Shown here one piece after another: positions 39,057-48,593 of a stretch of 64,000 nucleotides of DNA (the first letter of the stretch is position 1; each line of letters starts with the position of its first letter). Source of the stretch: Candidatus Calditenuaceae archaeon HR02. GTDB taxonomy: Archaea > Thermoproteota > Nitrososphaeria_A > Caldarchaeales > Calditenuaceae. The stretch covers positions 1-64,000 of the forward strand of contig BEHE01000006.1 of assembly GCA_002898395.1 (NCBI GenBank). Direction: 5' to 3'. Below the pieces are notes generated by a model. It saw only the letters and a list, made by a program, of their open reading frames with translations. It had not been told where the DNA came from and ran no database searches. Made by a program: the position numbers and the translations under genes.

Positions 39057-40792
39057 ACACCCCTCAGCCTCCTACCTATAGGATACAAGAGCGGGCCAAG
39101 AGATAGATAAAGTAAGGCCTGCCATGCTAGCGGCCAATCAGCCGGGAAGCCCGAGGAGACAGGCATAGACCATCCTCGACCACTCGAACCCCCGCCAGTG
39201 ACAGTAGTTGTGACAGTCACTGTAGTTGTCGTTGTTACGGTCACCACAACCGTAGATGTGGATGTCCTGGTGAGCGTTGTTGTCGTCGTATAGCGTGTAG
39301 AAGTGGACACGACCGTCTGAGTAATGGTGGGGCTATAGACAGTGACCGTGACCGGCACCGTGCGTGTTGCAGTAAGGGTGGCCGTGGCGGTATATGACGT
39401 CGTAGTGCGAGTGGTTATGCTTGTTACTGTTGTTACAGGCACGGTCGTTCTAGACGTTATTGTCCTAGTGGTTGTGGTCGTGGTGGATGGCGTAGTCCTT
39501 GTTATTGTGAGCGTAGTCGTGGTTGTGGTCGTAGTGGTTCTGGAGGGTATTCTATTGGTTATGGTCGTGGTTATTGTCCCTATTATAGTCTCGGTTACAG
39601 TCACAGTGGTTGTCGTCGTAGTTACTGGGGTGACATCACGCGTCCTCACGACTACCCAGCCTATGTCGAAGACGCTCACAGGCCTATCGAGAACAACGCT
39701 ATACTGGTCTATGTAAAGTGCGAGGCTCCCAAGCTCAACCGAGACCCTCAATACACCCCTCGAGATAAGCACCCCGTTACAGTCATAGATCTCTACAGAT
39801 AGCTCATAGTCCCCGTCCTCCCAGAACCCCACCGAGAGTATAACCTCGTCTATTCTCATCCTCTCCAAGTCTATCCGCATCTTGGAATAATCGACGTAGT
39901 TGCCGAAACTGTTTGGATAACCCCAAGAGGCGGGAATGACTGTGAAGTCTGGCATAAGGGACTGGAATGTGAATGTTAGCGGCGGCTCCAATCCACTCCT
40001 ATCAAGCGGTACATATATTTCCTGCGGGAGAGTGCCTGAGACACTTGAAACTCCTTGAGCCTCTACACCGTTCCTGTCTCTGACTACTACCCTGAAGTCG
40101 TAAGATGGTCTGGGGCTGCTAGCATTAAGCAGTCTAACCTTGACGAAGTCTGTTGTCCCCCCATAAATATTATCCTCCTTCGGGTCTATCAGCTCTATGA
40201 GTAGCCAATTCTCAGTCGGTAACGTGCACCCACTAGACAGCCCATACTTAGGTGGTGAGGACTCAAATGTCGCGATCTTAAACAATAACACCTCATTGTC
40301 GGGCTTTGATAGGGCTGGATTGTTCGGGTCGTAGAGACGCTCCGGTATGTAATGGACTTGTACAAGGAGTCGGTCGCCCTCGCTACAGACTCCTGCGGGG
40401 CAGCGGAAAACTAACTGTCTTGTCTCGCCAACATCTAGACGCGCAATATCGTCTATTCCACTATCGTATACCACGGAGCCATTCTTGATGGTCAGAATCC
40501 GAAATACAACTATTGGCTCCCTCCCAGTATTCCTAACCATCATAACTCCCCTATCGGCAGAGCCATAGATTCTGTCAGGATAGTAGACATAGTCTGCACC
40601 GATATTCGAGCGCAGCACTAATGCCTGATCTCCCACTTTCCTGACCTCTTCCTGACGCCACAGGCCCGCATGGCTGGATAAGAAGACCCATAGAGCTATA
40701 CCCGCCGCGAGGACGATGCCGAGCACAAGCACGGTGGCAAGTATGTCGCTATATCCACGCCCACTTTTCCCCACGCGTCTACGCCTCCTCAA
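39038..40792 (-). CDS. Pilin-like adhesin with Thr-rich stalk and C-terminal hydrophobic anchor (family X)
   Basis: GRG|YSDILATVLVLGIVLAAG, globular domains, a long Thr tract and a LLYLSLGPLLYPIGRR tail. Confidence 0.8.
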   Translation of the reverse strand: MRRRRRVGKSGRGYSDILATVLVLGIVLAAGIALWVFLSSHAGLWRQEEVRKVGDQALVLRSNIGADYVYYPDRIYGSADRGVMMVRNTGREPIVVFRILTIKNGSVVYDSGIDDIARLDVGETRQLVFRCPAGVCSEGDRLLVQVHYIPERLYDPNNPALSKPDNEVLLFKIATFESSPPKYGLSSGCTLPTENWLLIELIDPKEDNIYGGTTDFVKVRLLNASSPRPSYDFRVVVRDRNGVEAQGVSSVSGTLPQEIYVPLDRSGLEPPLTFTFQSLMPDFTVIPASWGYPNSFGNYVDYSKMRIDLERMRIDEVILSVGFWEDGDYELSVEIYDCNGVLISRGVLRVSVELGSLALYIDQYSVVLDRPVSVFDIGWVVVRTRDVTPVTTTTTTVTVTETIIGTITTTITNRIPSRTTTTTTTTTLTITRTTPSTTTTTTRTITSRTTVPVTTVTSITTRTTTSYTATATLTATRTVPVTVTVYSPTITQTVVSTSTRYTTTTTLTRTSTSTVVVTVTTTTTVTVTTTVTGGGSSGRGWSMPVSSGFPADWPLAWQALLYLSLGPLLYPIGRRLRGVWSSIR

Positions 40793-41921
40793 CCCCTATC
40801 ACTACGCGTTTTATGTCGGTGAGTGGTGTAGAGGGGATGTCTATGAACACTGAATCGGTGAATATTCCTACCGGAATGCGTACAGTTATGGACCTAGATA
40901 GGATTTGGGCCCCGTTGCAGTCATATAGTGTCACAGTCACTCTATAGTTGCCGCCTACGACGTCGTTTACCCCCAGCTCAACCTCTACTACGTTGACATT
41001 TTTATTGGCGTCTGACCAGAGAGTAACACCAGATGCGTGGGCTTTTCCAGGTATTCCACCGAACACCCACTCTTGCTGAAGAATAGTGTAATCTGCCGAG
41101 AGTACCCGCACTGTTAGGGGAACTTGGAACCCGGCAAAGCTGCCGGCGAAGGGCTGTAAAACATTGCTTATAGTTGGGACTGTGTTTGTTGCGAAGCCGT
41201 ACTCACCCGTCGCGTTGACAACCTGTAGGTCGACGGTTGCCGTGCCACTTGACGAGGCAAATGGGAAGCGTACATAAACCCTGTTATTCGGCGATGGCGG
41301 AATCTTTCCAGAATCAGTGTATGTGACCGGGTCAACGACATCAACCATCATCCAGTTCGGTGGTAGTGGGCAGCGGGCTGGCGCACCAACCGGCGGATGG
41401 ACAAAGACGGACTCAACATATCGCATCTCGTCCACCGAGATCATTGGGTTAGCATCGTCAAATAGGCTTGAGGCGACGTACCATATCCTCATCCGAAGGG
41501 TCTCAAAAGAAGTGCAAGAACTGCAGGCGGGGACGACGCCACTGTCAAGCTCGATTGCCTGCTGCGGCTGAACCTCACCAATCCTTGTAAAACCGCTAGC
41601 GGGGTAAGAGGCCTTCAAAACCCCAGACGGCGATACTATCTCTATCCTAGTAATTGTGATAGGCACATCGGCTATATTCCTAACAGTAACGTTCCTCACA
41701 ACGCCTGTATAGAATACCCTTTCAAAGTTGAGCTGCGCGGAGGTCTTAACCAGCAGTACGGCCCTATTCGCCTCGCTGGTTGATGACTGGAGCGATACCC
41801 CTAGCCACCCTGTAGCGACGGCTAAAATGAATACCCCAGCCCCCACCGTGAGGGCTGTCAGTAGTATGGCTCCGATGACAGTATCGCCCCTCCTCCTAAA
41901 GCGCCTCCCACGGCGGGTCAA
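40779..41921 (-). CDS. Pilin-like protein (family X)
   Basis: RRRG|DTVIGAILLTAL. Shares C.LP.NW..DP and YDCNG motifs with 39038-40792. Confidence 0.78.
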   Translation of the reverse strand: MTRRGRRFRRRGDTVIGAILLTALTVGAGVFILAVATGWLGVSLQSSTSEANRAVLLVKTSAQLNFERVFYTGVVRNVTVRNIADVPITITRIEIVSPSGVLKASYPASGFTRIGEVQPQQAIELDSGVVPACSSCTSFETLRMRIWYVASSLFDDANPMISVDEMRYVESVFVHPPVGAPARCPLPPNWMMVDVVDPVTYTDSGKIPPSPNNRVYVRFPFASSSGTATVDLQVVNATGEYGFATNTVPTISNVLQPFAGSFAGFQVPLTVRVLSADYTILQQEWVFGGIPGKAHASGVTLWSDANKNVNVVEVELGVNDVVGGNYRVTVTLYDCNGAQILSRSITVRIPVGIFTDSVFIDIPSTPLTDIKRVVIGVEEA

Positions 41922-42122
41922 GCGTTAACTACCCTACTTCAGCAGGGTGAGTTATATATGCATTTTTAGTAGGTTCTGGTTGGCCGTTTGGAAGTTGATA
42001 ATCAGATTTACCGACTTGTTAAACGAGGTGGAGAGGGTTTAGGTTTTTTAATAGTGTTTGGCCACGAAGTCTGAGAAATTCTTAATATACCTCTCCTGAG
42101 GACTAACCTCATAGATGGACTG

Positions 42123-43775
42123 ATGGGTATCCCCAAAATTCTTAGACCGCTTGTTCTACCCACCATAATAGTACTTACGGTATCGTTTGTGTCGTGGTTC
42201 ATCGGAGGAGAGCCACTTAGTGTTTTAATCGGCCGGGTTTTAACCCTTGAAGGGGATGTAGGAAACTATATTGCACATGTTCTCGCGGGTTTGTTGATTG
42301 GGGCGATAAACGCTCTAATCCTGTATAGGATTATCCGGGTTTGGATTGTTTATTATGTGGGGGCGATCGCTGGCTGGGGCTTGGCTCTGGTGGCGATTAT
42401 GTTGACTAATCCTCTAGCTCCACCATTCATTCTACAATGGGCTACAGGCCTCGTGGCGTTCATAGCCATACTCGCCGGGCTTTTGTGGCTGCTATCCGGC
42501 GGGATTGTAAAGTCTCCATTAGAACGGGTACGGGTTGGCGGGCAGGCTGCCCAGAGGACTAAACCGTTGCAAACACCGCCTACACCTGTAACGGAAAAAC
42601 AAGAGCCCGCGACTCAGACACCAAAAGAGACACAAGCAGCACCTCAGGCCGTCTCCCCCGCACAACCACAGCCAACTCCCAAAGTCGAGCCGTCACCACC
42701 TCAGCCAACAACGCCACCTCCACCCCCATCTCAAACGACACAGACATTTTCAGCACAGCCCACACAACCAGCTATTCCACCACCCCCACCGGAGCCCGCA
42801 CGGAGCATAGACGAGGTCGAGGAAGCGCTGATGGATATTATCGCCGAGGAGGGGGTCACGGAGATTGTCCCACTTCCCAACAATACTTCGCCGGAGGGCG
42901 GCTCCTACCCAGACTTAGAGTCGATGCTAAGTGTAGACACGACAATGCTTCTCCGAGCCATAAGAAGGCTCATAGACAAGAACGTCGTTAAGATAGTGGG
43001 GGTGGAGTTTAAGAAGGTGGCCTGCCCCCACTGCCAGAGCGCACTAAACATTTTAACACTTAGCTGTAGGGCGTGCGGTTCAACGAACATTGGCCGGCAG
43101 AGAATACTACAACACGAGGCCTGCGGATATCTTGGGCCTGAGGATAGCTTCACCGTTGGGGGCCGAACCATATGTCCGCGCTGCGGTAGCAGTGTCAAAA
43201 TATTGAGAGGGCCGCTCGAGGAGGAGCAGGAGCAGGTGCTTAAGGTGCATTCAAGCTTCTTCATCTGCTACGACTGCAACGAGGTCAGCCCCGACCCACA
43301 TATCTCCTTCAGATGCCTCACATGCGGACTAGACTACGACCTAGCCAGCTTCGAGTTCAAGACATTCTACAGATATGCCGTCAACCCGGAGGTGATAAGT
43401 GGGTTACAGGAGCAGAAGCGGCCTCTTAGAATGATCGCAAACGAGCTCATGAGGCAGGGATACGAGGTCCAGCTCGCTGCCAGGATTACAGGAGCCTCCA
43501 AGGTCAAGCATAAGGTCGACCTAATTTACAGCCGGCTAGGACAGCCCAAGGGTGCCGTCTTTCTATTCACCGATAAGGGAGGGTCAAAGATTCACGACGT
43601 GATGAAGATAATAGTCATGAAGGCTGACACCAAGATCGATAACATTAAGATACTATGCCTCGGGCAGCTGGACAGCGACTCGAGGAGGCTTGCCGAGCTC
43701 TACAACATATCGATAATCGAGAACGTCGCGTCGATGAACCTAGAGACCGAGGTTATACCGCGCCTAGTCTCCTGA
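42123..43775 (+). CDS. Membrane protein with Pro-rich linker, TackOD1-like Zn-ribbon domain and C-terminal restriction-endonuclease-like fold
   Basis: Four TM helices, PQP-rich linker, CPHC/CRAC/HEAC/CPRC/CYDC/CLTC, then GASKVKHKVD...KADT. Confidence 0.7.
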   Translation: MGIPKILRPLVLPTIIVLTVSFVSWFIGGEPLSVLIGRVLTLEGDVGNYIAHVLAGLLIGAINALILYRIIRVWIVYYVGAIAGWGLALVAIMLTNPLAPPFILQWATGLVAFIAILAGLLWLLSGGIVKSPLERVRVGGQAAQRTKPLQTPPTPVTEKQEPATQTPKETQAAPQAVSPAQPQPTPKVEPSPPQPTTPPPPPSQTTQTFSAQPTQPAIPPPPPEPARSIDEVEEALMDIIAEEGVTEIVPLPNNTSPEGGSYPDLESMLSVDTTMLLRAIRRLIDKNVVKIVGVEFKKVACPHCQSALNILTLSCRACGSTNIGRQRILQHEACGYLGPEDSFTVGGRTICPRCGSSVKILRGPLEEEQEQVLKVHSSFFICYDCNEVSPDPHISFRCLTCGLDYDLASFEFKTFYRYAVNPEVISGLQEQKRPLRMIANELMRQGYEVQLAARITGASKVKHKVDLIYSRLGQPKGAVFLFTDKGGSKIHDVMKIIVMKADTKIDNIKILCLGQLDSDSRRLAELYNISIIENVASMNLETEVIPRLVS

Positions 43776-43804
43776 TAGCTGGTAGAACATGCGGCCGGTG
43801 TGGC

Positions 43805-44377
43805 TTAAAGTTTAGATTCCAGCCCATCCTTCCACAGCTCGTAACACCTTATCTCCTCGAAGAATAGTCGTTTCGACGCGATGTGCCTCAGGCTCAAGCC
43901 TTTCGCCGTTGCATGCCTCGTGATAGCTTCGACGTTTCCGAGGGTTGATGTTATAAGCACTAGTTTTGCCCCGGCTTCCAAGAACTCTTCCGACCCGTCT
44001 ATTAGGCTGATCGCGAACTCTGCCCCGGTCTGTCCACCCTCGGTTGTGATGTCTGAGGTGTTTTCGCTCGGTAGGTAGGGTGGGTTTGAGGCTATCAGGC
44101 TTATCCTGCTGGATGGGCGCAGTGGGCTGAGCTTGTCGCCCACTATTACATGGACGAGGCTTGGGAGGTGTGAACAGTTCTCGAGGGTACTCCTGGCGGC
44201 TGCCTCACTTATTTCAATGGCTACAACCTCGACGCCCCTCTCCGCTATATGCCTGGATACCACGCCACTCCCACTTCCAACCTCCACAACAACTCCTCCA
44301 AATGTTAGGCCTGAGATGCAGTCAATTAGGAGCCAAGTATCTTCTGCAGGCTGATATACTGGGGGTTCGGAGCCCAT
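43805..44377 (-). CDS. hemK: HemK2/Mtq2-family protein-glutamine N5-methyltransferase
   Basis: VYQPAEDTWLL, EVGSGSG, NPPYLP, GG..G and LFFEE motifs. Confidence 0.9.
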   Translation of the reverse strand: MGSEPPVYQPAEDTWLLIDCISGLTFGGVVVEVGSGSGVVSRHIAERGVEVVAIEISEAAARSTLENCSHLPSLVHVIVGDKLSPLRPSSRISLIASNPPYLPSENTSDITTEGGQTGAEFAISLIDGSEEFLEAGAKLVLITSTLGNVEAITRHATAKGLSLRHIASKRLFFEEIRCYELWKDGLESKL

Positions 44378-44789
44378 ACCCCGCCATTATAATCTCGGTT
44401 AGGTATAAGCTTAGAAGGCCGATGAATGCAGCTCTTGCAGCCCTTATTATATACAGGTCGCGGGACGAGGCGACAGGTGGGCGGCCGTACTCACGTATCA
44501 ATCCCCCTCCTAATCCTCGCAGCACCCCTACTATCACAGGAGTGGTCTGACACCCACACCATAGCGTCGCTCTTCTTTCCAGACCTCCAGACACTACTGG
44601 AGGCGCTTCTCTCAGTAACGGGCCTCTGCCTAGTCTTCTCACTCCTATTCACATGCTTGACCGTTCGTGGAGCGGCAAGCCGGCCTCGTCTTGAAGAAGA
44701 CTCAATTTAAATGAGCTACAATCCCACTCGGTCACAATCACGACATCTAAAGCTTGCTCAGCAAACCCAGTATGAAGCACTCAATCGCC

Positions 44790-46140
44790 CACCTATGATT
44801 CTCCTCAGACACAGCGATGGGACAGAGTGTGTCGAAAAAATCCTTCGACCGTCGCCAAGATTGTTATTGTGTTTTATAAATTGGGGTGGGCGTGTTACCG
44901 CTCCTTACAAACAACTGTGTCGCACACCATATAAAAGGGGTTAATGGACGAATGAATTTTCGACACCTATGTGGGGCCTTTTCTCCTATTTAAGGCATAC
45001 ACCTATCCGCTCTCCGTGAGCACTATGCTACGCCACCAGGCCCCACAATCACGCTCCCGTGCTCTAGGCGCAGTCGAAAAGACGTGCTAGTTATTGGGCC
45101 TGAGCACGATTCATGAAGGGCTTCCTATCCCTGAGCATGGCGTATACGCACCTAAGCAGCCTCCTGGCTAGAGCTACTGTTGCTACCCTCTCCTCTCTCC
45201 TGCTCGCTATCCTGTGATAGGCCCTAGTGAGGTGCGTGTCGTACCTCCTGTGTACGTGTGCAACCTCGACCATTATCCACCTAAGCCACCTAGAGCCCTC
45301 CCTAGTTATGCTCCCCCTCCTCACCCCACCACCACTACTCCTCTCAGAGGGGACTAGACCAGCGTAGCTGCATAGATGACCAGCGTCAGGGAACCTAGAG
45401 ACGTCACCAATCCCGGCCTTGATCATGATGGCAGAGTACAACCCAACCCCTGGAATCGTCATCAAAAGCTTTACATCCTCATCACTAGAATATCTATCGA
45501 GCTCTTTGGATAAGATCTCTATCTCACTGTTCAGGCTATCGATTATCCTCAGGTACTGCTGTATTGATTCTAAGTTTAGTGACCTAAGCCACTCCACGCC
45601 TCTCTTGGTGAACAGCTTCAGATCGATTGGAGTCTCTATCCCCTCATAGGCTAGAGTAGCTACTATCCTGTTCTTCACCCTAGTCCTCATCCTCACCAGG
45701 AAGGCCCTCCTCCCCACTAGCTCCCTCATCCAAGCCATCTCTCCCTCAGGTATGTAAGACATGGGCAAGGCTCCCAGCCTAGCAAGATCAGCCAGACACT
45801 TAGAATCACCCCTATCACTCTTGATCACTCTTGAGCCTATTCTCAGCTATGAGCCTAGTCTTCTTCGGATGCGCTACTACGACCCTGAAACCATCAGACC
45901 TAAGTCTATTGCAGAGGGGGTGTACGTAGGTAGAGGACTCTATCGCGACCAGAGACACCCTACTCCCAGACAGGAACGACCCTAGCTCATCCCTCGATAT
46001 CCTCCTAGAATCGACTATATTCCCGAACCAGTCGATCACAGTAGCCTCGCACCATGCCTTATGCACGTCCAGACCACAGATGAGGCCGCTCATACCATGC
46101 CCTGAGCAGCCCTTAGAGTTAAGCCTAACCCCACATCGCA
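44790..46140 (-). mobile_element. IS110-family element; transposase 46093-45091 frameshifted; ends approximate
   Basis: GLDVHK, AIES, KSDRGD, IPGVG, RF......SYAGLVPSERSSGG, G..WLRW and VALARRL motifs. A 10-bp duplication (45814-45833) breaks the frame. Long 3' non-coding region. Confidence 0.9.
44957..45080 (-). ncRNA. Putative IS110/IS1111 bridge/seek RNA domain in 3' non-coding region
   Basis: Nested stems TTTTCGAC/GTCGAAAA and TGTGGGGCCT/AGGCCCCACA enclose internal loops directly downstream of the transposase. Confidence 0.5.
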
Positions 46141-46218
46141 TCACGCCCGTAGACAACGTTATCATTTTAGCCTGCGAGTGTGTTTATAGTTTAGGAGACA
46201 GTGCAAGGATTTTTCCAT

Positions 46219-46515
46219 TTAGGTTTTGGTCTGAGCTTCAATCAGCTTTGCTAATGCGTTCCATAGCGGCTTCATATCTTCCCTAAAGCTTCTTATCTCA
46301 GTTGTTAGCGTGTCAAGGCGCTTATTCATCTCCTCAAACCCCAGCCTCACGGCCTCTTCTGTCCTAGAAGTTCTGGCCCTTAAGTCGTAGAGGAGTAAAA
46401 GCGTTAAGTCTTGAGCTGTAAGCCTTCTCTTCCCAGTCCTCTCCAACAACTCCCTAACTCCCTTCTCAATTAAAGCGTCTACCGCAGCAGAAGCAACTTT
46501 CTCAACCATTCTCAA
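46219..46515 (-). CDS. Small hypothetical coiled-coil protein
   Basis: Open frame with GFEEMNKRLDTL heptads and an upstream TTTATATA box. Confidence 0.6.
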   Translation of the reverse strand: MRMVEKVASAAVDALIEKGVRELLERTGKRRLTAQDLTLLLLYDLRARTSRTEEAVRLGFEEMNKRLDTLTTEIRSFREDMKPLWNALAKLIEAQTKT

Positions 46516-46559
46516 ATAATAATGAAAACTGATCTATATAAACACCCCCTAACAGGAAA

Positions 46560-46930
46560 GGATAGTGTCCAGATAAGCATCCTTAAACCAAACCCCTCCG
46601 TTCCTCATCGCATGATAGTATATTGCGAAAAGGTTCAGGAAGAGGTTAGGTTCTTTATTGCCTGCACGTAGTTTCTTGCGCTTAGCTTGTTGTGGAATAC
46701 CGCTGTCCTCTATTTTAGGTATCTGAAGAGCCTCTCAACCCTGTTCCTCATACCGAACCTCTGGTGCTCGCACTCAAGGAGATTCCTAAGACCTAGGAGT
46801 ACCTGTCATAGATGGCGAGAACTTCCCAGTCTCTATCGCGGCTGGTTGAAGCCTACTGTTAACCATTCTCTGCTTGACTATGATATCCGCCCGCGTAGAG
46901 GCCCTCCAGGCAAACGCAGTATTATGTGTG
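46560..46930 (-). mobile_element. IS6-like transposase remnant with family-A TIR (probable parent of family A MITEs)
   Basis: GGATAGTGTCCAGATAAG at 46560. Minus strand reads EHQRFGMRNRVERLFRYLK*RTAVFHN...FLNLFAIYY. Confidence 0.75.
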
Positions 46931-47034
46931 GGCCGGGCTTTAGAGCCCTACTTTCGAGGGAGCGTGTCGTGTTGCGTAAAAATTATAAGCTGGCCTCTAG
47001 AGAATTCCTTGACCGTAGCAGGTGATTAGAGGTC

Positions 47035-47928
47035 ATGTATCCTAGAAAGTTTAGCTATGTGGCTCCTAGCAGGGTTGAAGAGGTTTTGAGACTGCTTAAA
47101 AGATACGGAGACGAGGCGAAACTTCTCGCCGGGGGCCATAGCCTCCTGCCCATGATGAAGCTTAGGATAATCGGGCCCCGCGTGGTTATAGACTTGAAAA
47201 ACCTGAGGGAAAGGCTATCCTATATCAGAGACGGAGCTAGGGCGGTGAGGATAGGCGCACTAACAACCCACGCCGAGATCGAGCTCTCCGACATGCTCAG
47301 GCGCGAGATCCCACTCCTCCCCGAGACAGCTAGATTGATTGGCGACATGCAGGTGAGGAACATGGGGACTGTTGGCGGGTCAATAACCCATGCGGACCCC
47401 TCAGCAGACTGGCCGGTGGCTATGCTAGCCCTCAACGCGACATTCACGGTTCAGGGAGCGCGTAAGAGGCTGGTCCCGGCCTCGAAGTTCTTTAAAGGCC
47501 CGTTTACCACTGCTCTCAAGCCCACGGAGCTTCTAATGGAGATAACGATACCTAAGCCGCCGAAGGGGCATGGATGGTCTTGGCAGAAGTTTGAGAGGAA
47601 GGCGGGAGACTTCGCTACGGTGAACGTTGCGGTGATAGCTATTCCAGACGGAAAGAGTAGGGTCAAGGACGTCTCAATCGCGGTGGGCTCGGTGAACCCT
47701 GTTCCCTACAGGGCTACTGGTGCTGAGAAGATGCTTCGAGGAAAGAGGCCCGATGCTGAGCTTTTGAAGTCTACGGCCGAGGCGGCGGCCGAGCCTGCTG
47801 AGCCGACCAGCGACCTACGTGGTTCGGCGGAGTACAAGAAGTGGCTGACCAAGGTGATGGTTAGGAGGGCTCTTGAAGAGGCTTTAAGCAGGGCTGGCAT
47901 ACCTGTGGAGGTGGTTCAGCATGCCTAG
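47035..47928 (+). CDS. coxM: CO dehydrogenase/xanthine dehydrogenase family FAD-binding medium subunit
   Basis: [36 protein letters not shown] and D.RGSAEYK motifs. Confidence 0.92.
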   Translation: MYPRKFSYVAPSRVEEVLRLLKRYGDEAKLLAGGHSLLPMMKLRIIGPRVVIDLKNLRERLSYIRDGARAVRIGALTTHAEIELSDMLRREIPLLPETARLIGDMQVRNMGTVGGSITHADPSADWPVAMLALNATFTVQGARKRLVPASKFFKGPFTTALKPTELLMEITIPKPPKGHGWSWQKFERKAGDFATVNVAVIAIPDGKSRVKDVSIAVGSVNPVPYRATGAEKMLRGKRPDAELLKSTAEAAAEPAEPTSDLRGSAEYKKWLTKVMVRRALEEALSRAGIPVEVVQHA

Positions 47929-48475
47929 GCGTAGGACCCAGAGGCCGAGGCCGGCGGCCGAGCCGGCCCAGGACATGGTGTCTGTGAGGGTGAGGATTAA
48001 CGGTGTAGAGTATTCCCACGTGGTTGAACCAAGGCTCCTCTTGGTCAACTATATCAGGGATGTTGTGGGTCTTACGGGGACGCATGTGGGTTGCGACACG
48101 TCGCACTGCGGCGCGTGCACAGTGCTGGTGAAGGGTCTGTGGGGTGATGGCTGGATGGCCGTCAAGTCATGCACCCTTCTAGCCGCACAGGTTGACGGGA
48201 AGGAGATACTGACGATAGAGGGGCTCGCCAAGAATGGTGAGCTTCACCCACTCCAGAGGGCCTTCTGGGAGAACCACGGCCTCCAATGCGGCTTCTGCAC
48301 CCCGGGCATGATAATGGCAGCCCTCGGCCTACTCCTTAGAAACCCCAACCCCACCAGGGAGGAGATCAAATGGGGCATTAGCGGAAACCTCTGCAGATGC
48401 ACAGGATACGTCAACATAATAAAGTCGATAGAGGACGCAGCCAAGGAGATGCGGGAAAAAGGAGTAACCATATAG
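47921..48475 (+). CDS. coxS: CO dehydrogenase/xanthine dehydrogenase family 2x[2Fe-2S] small subunit
   Basis: [23 protein letters not shown] and GNLCRCTGY motifs. Confidence 0.93.
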   Translation: MPRRRTQRPRPAAEPAQDMVSVRVRINGVEYSHVVEPRLLLVNYIRDVVGLTGTHVGCDTSHCGACTVLVKGLWGDGWMAVKSCTLLAAQVDGKEILTIEGLAKNGELHPLQRAFWENHGLQCGFCTPGMIMAALGLLLRNPNPTREEIKWGISGNLCRCTGYVNIIKSIEDAAKEMREKGVTI

Positions 48476-48593
48476 CTGCCGATACACTACACAGGTGCGC
48501 TCAGCCCATACCAGCCTAAGATCTACTACACCTCATTGTCGCCGACGCACCTATAAAAATTGGGCAATTACCTAAGTCTCTGAGCATCCGGAG

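Noticed and set aside
38698-39716. Poly-Val ORFs and apparent GTN repeats
   Set aside because: Antisense reading of Thr codons, not a DNA repeat element.
44322-44944. Short ORFs between hemK and IS110
   Set aside because: No motifs, mutually overlapping, and partly within the IS non-coding end.
46687-47025. 112-aa + strand ORF
   Set aside because: Antisense to the IS6 remnant.
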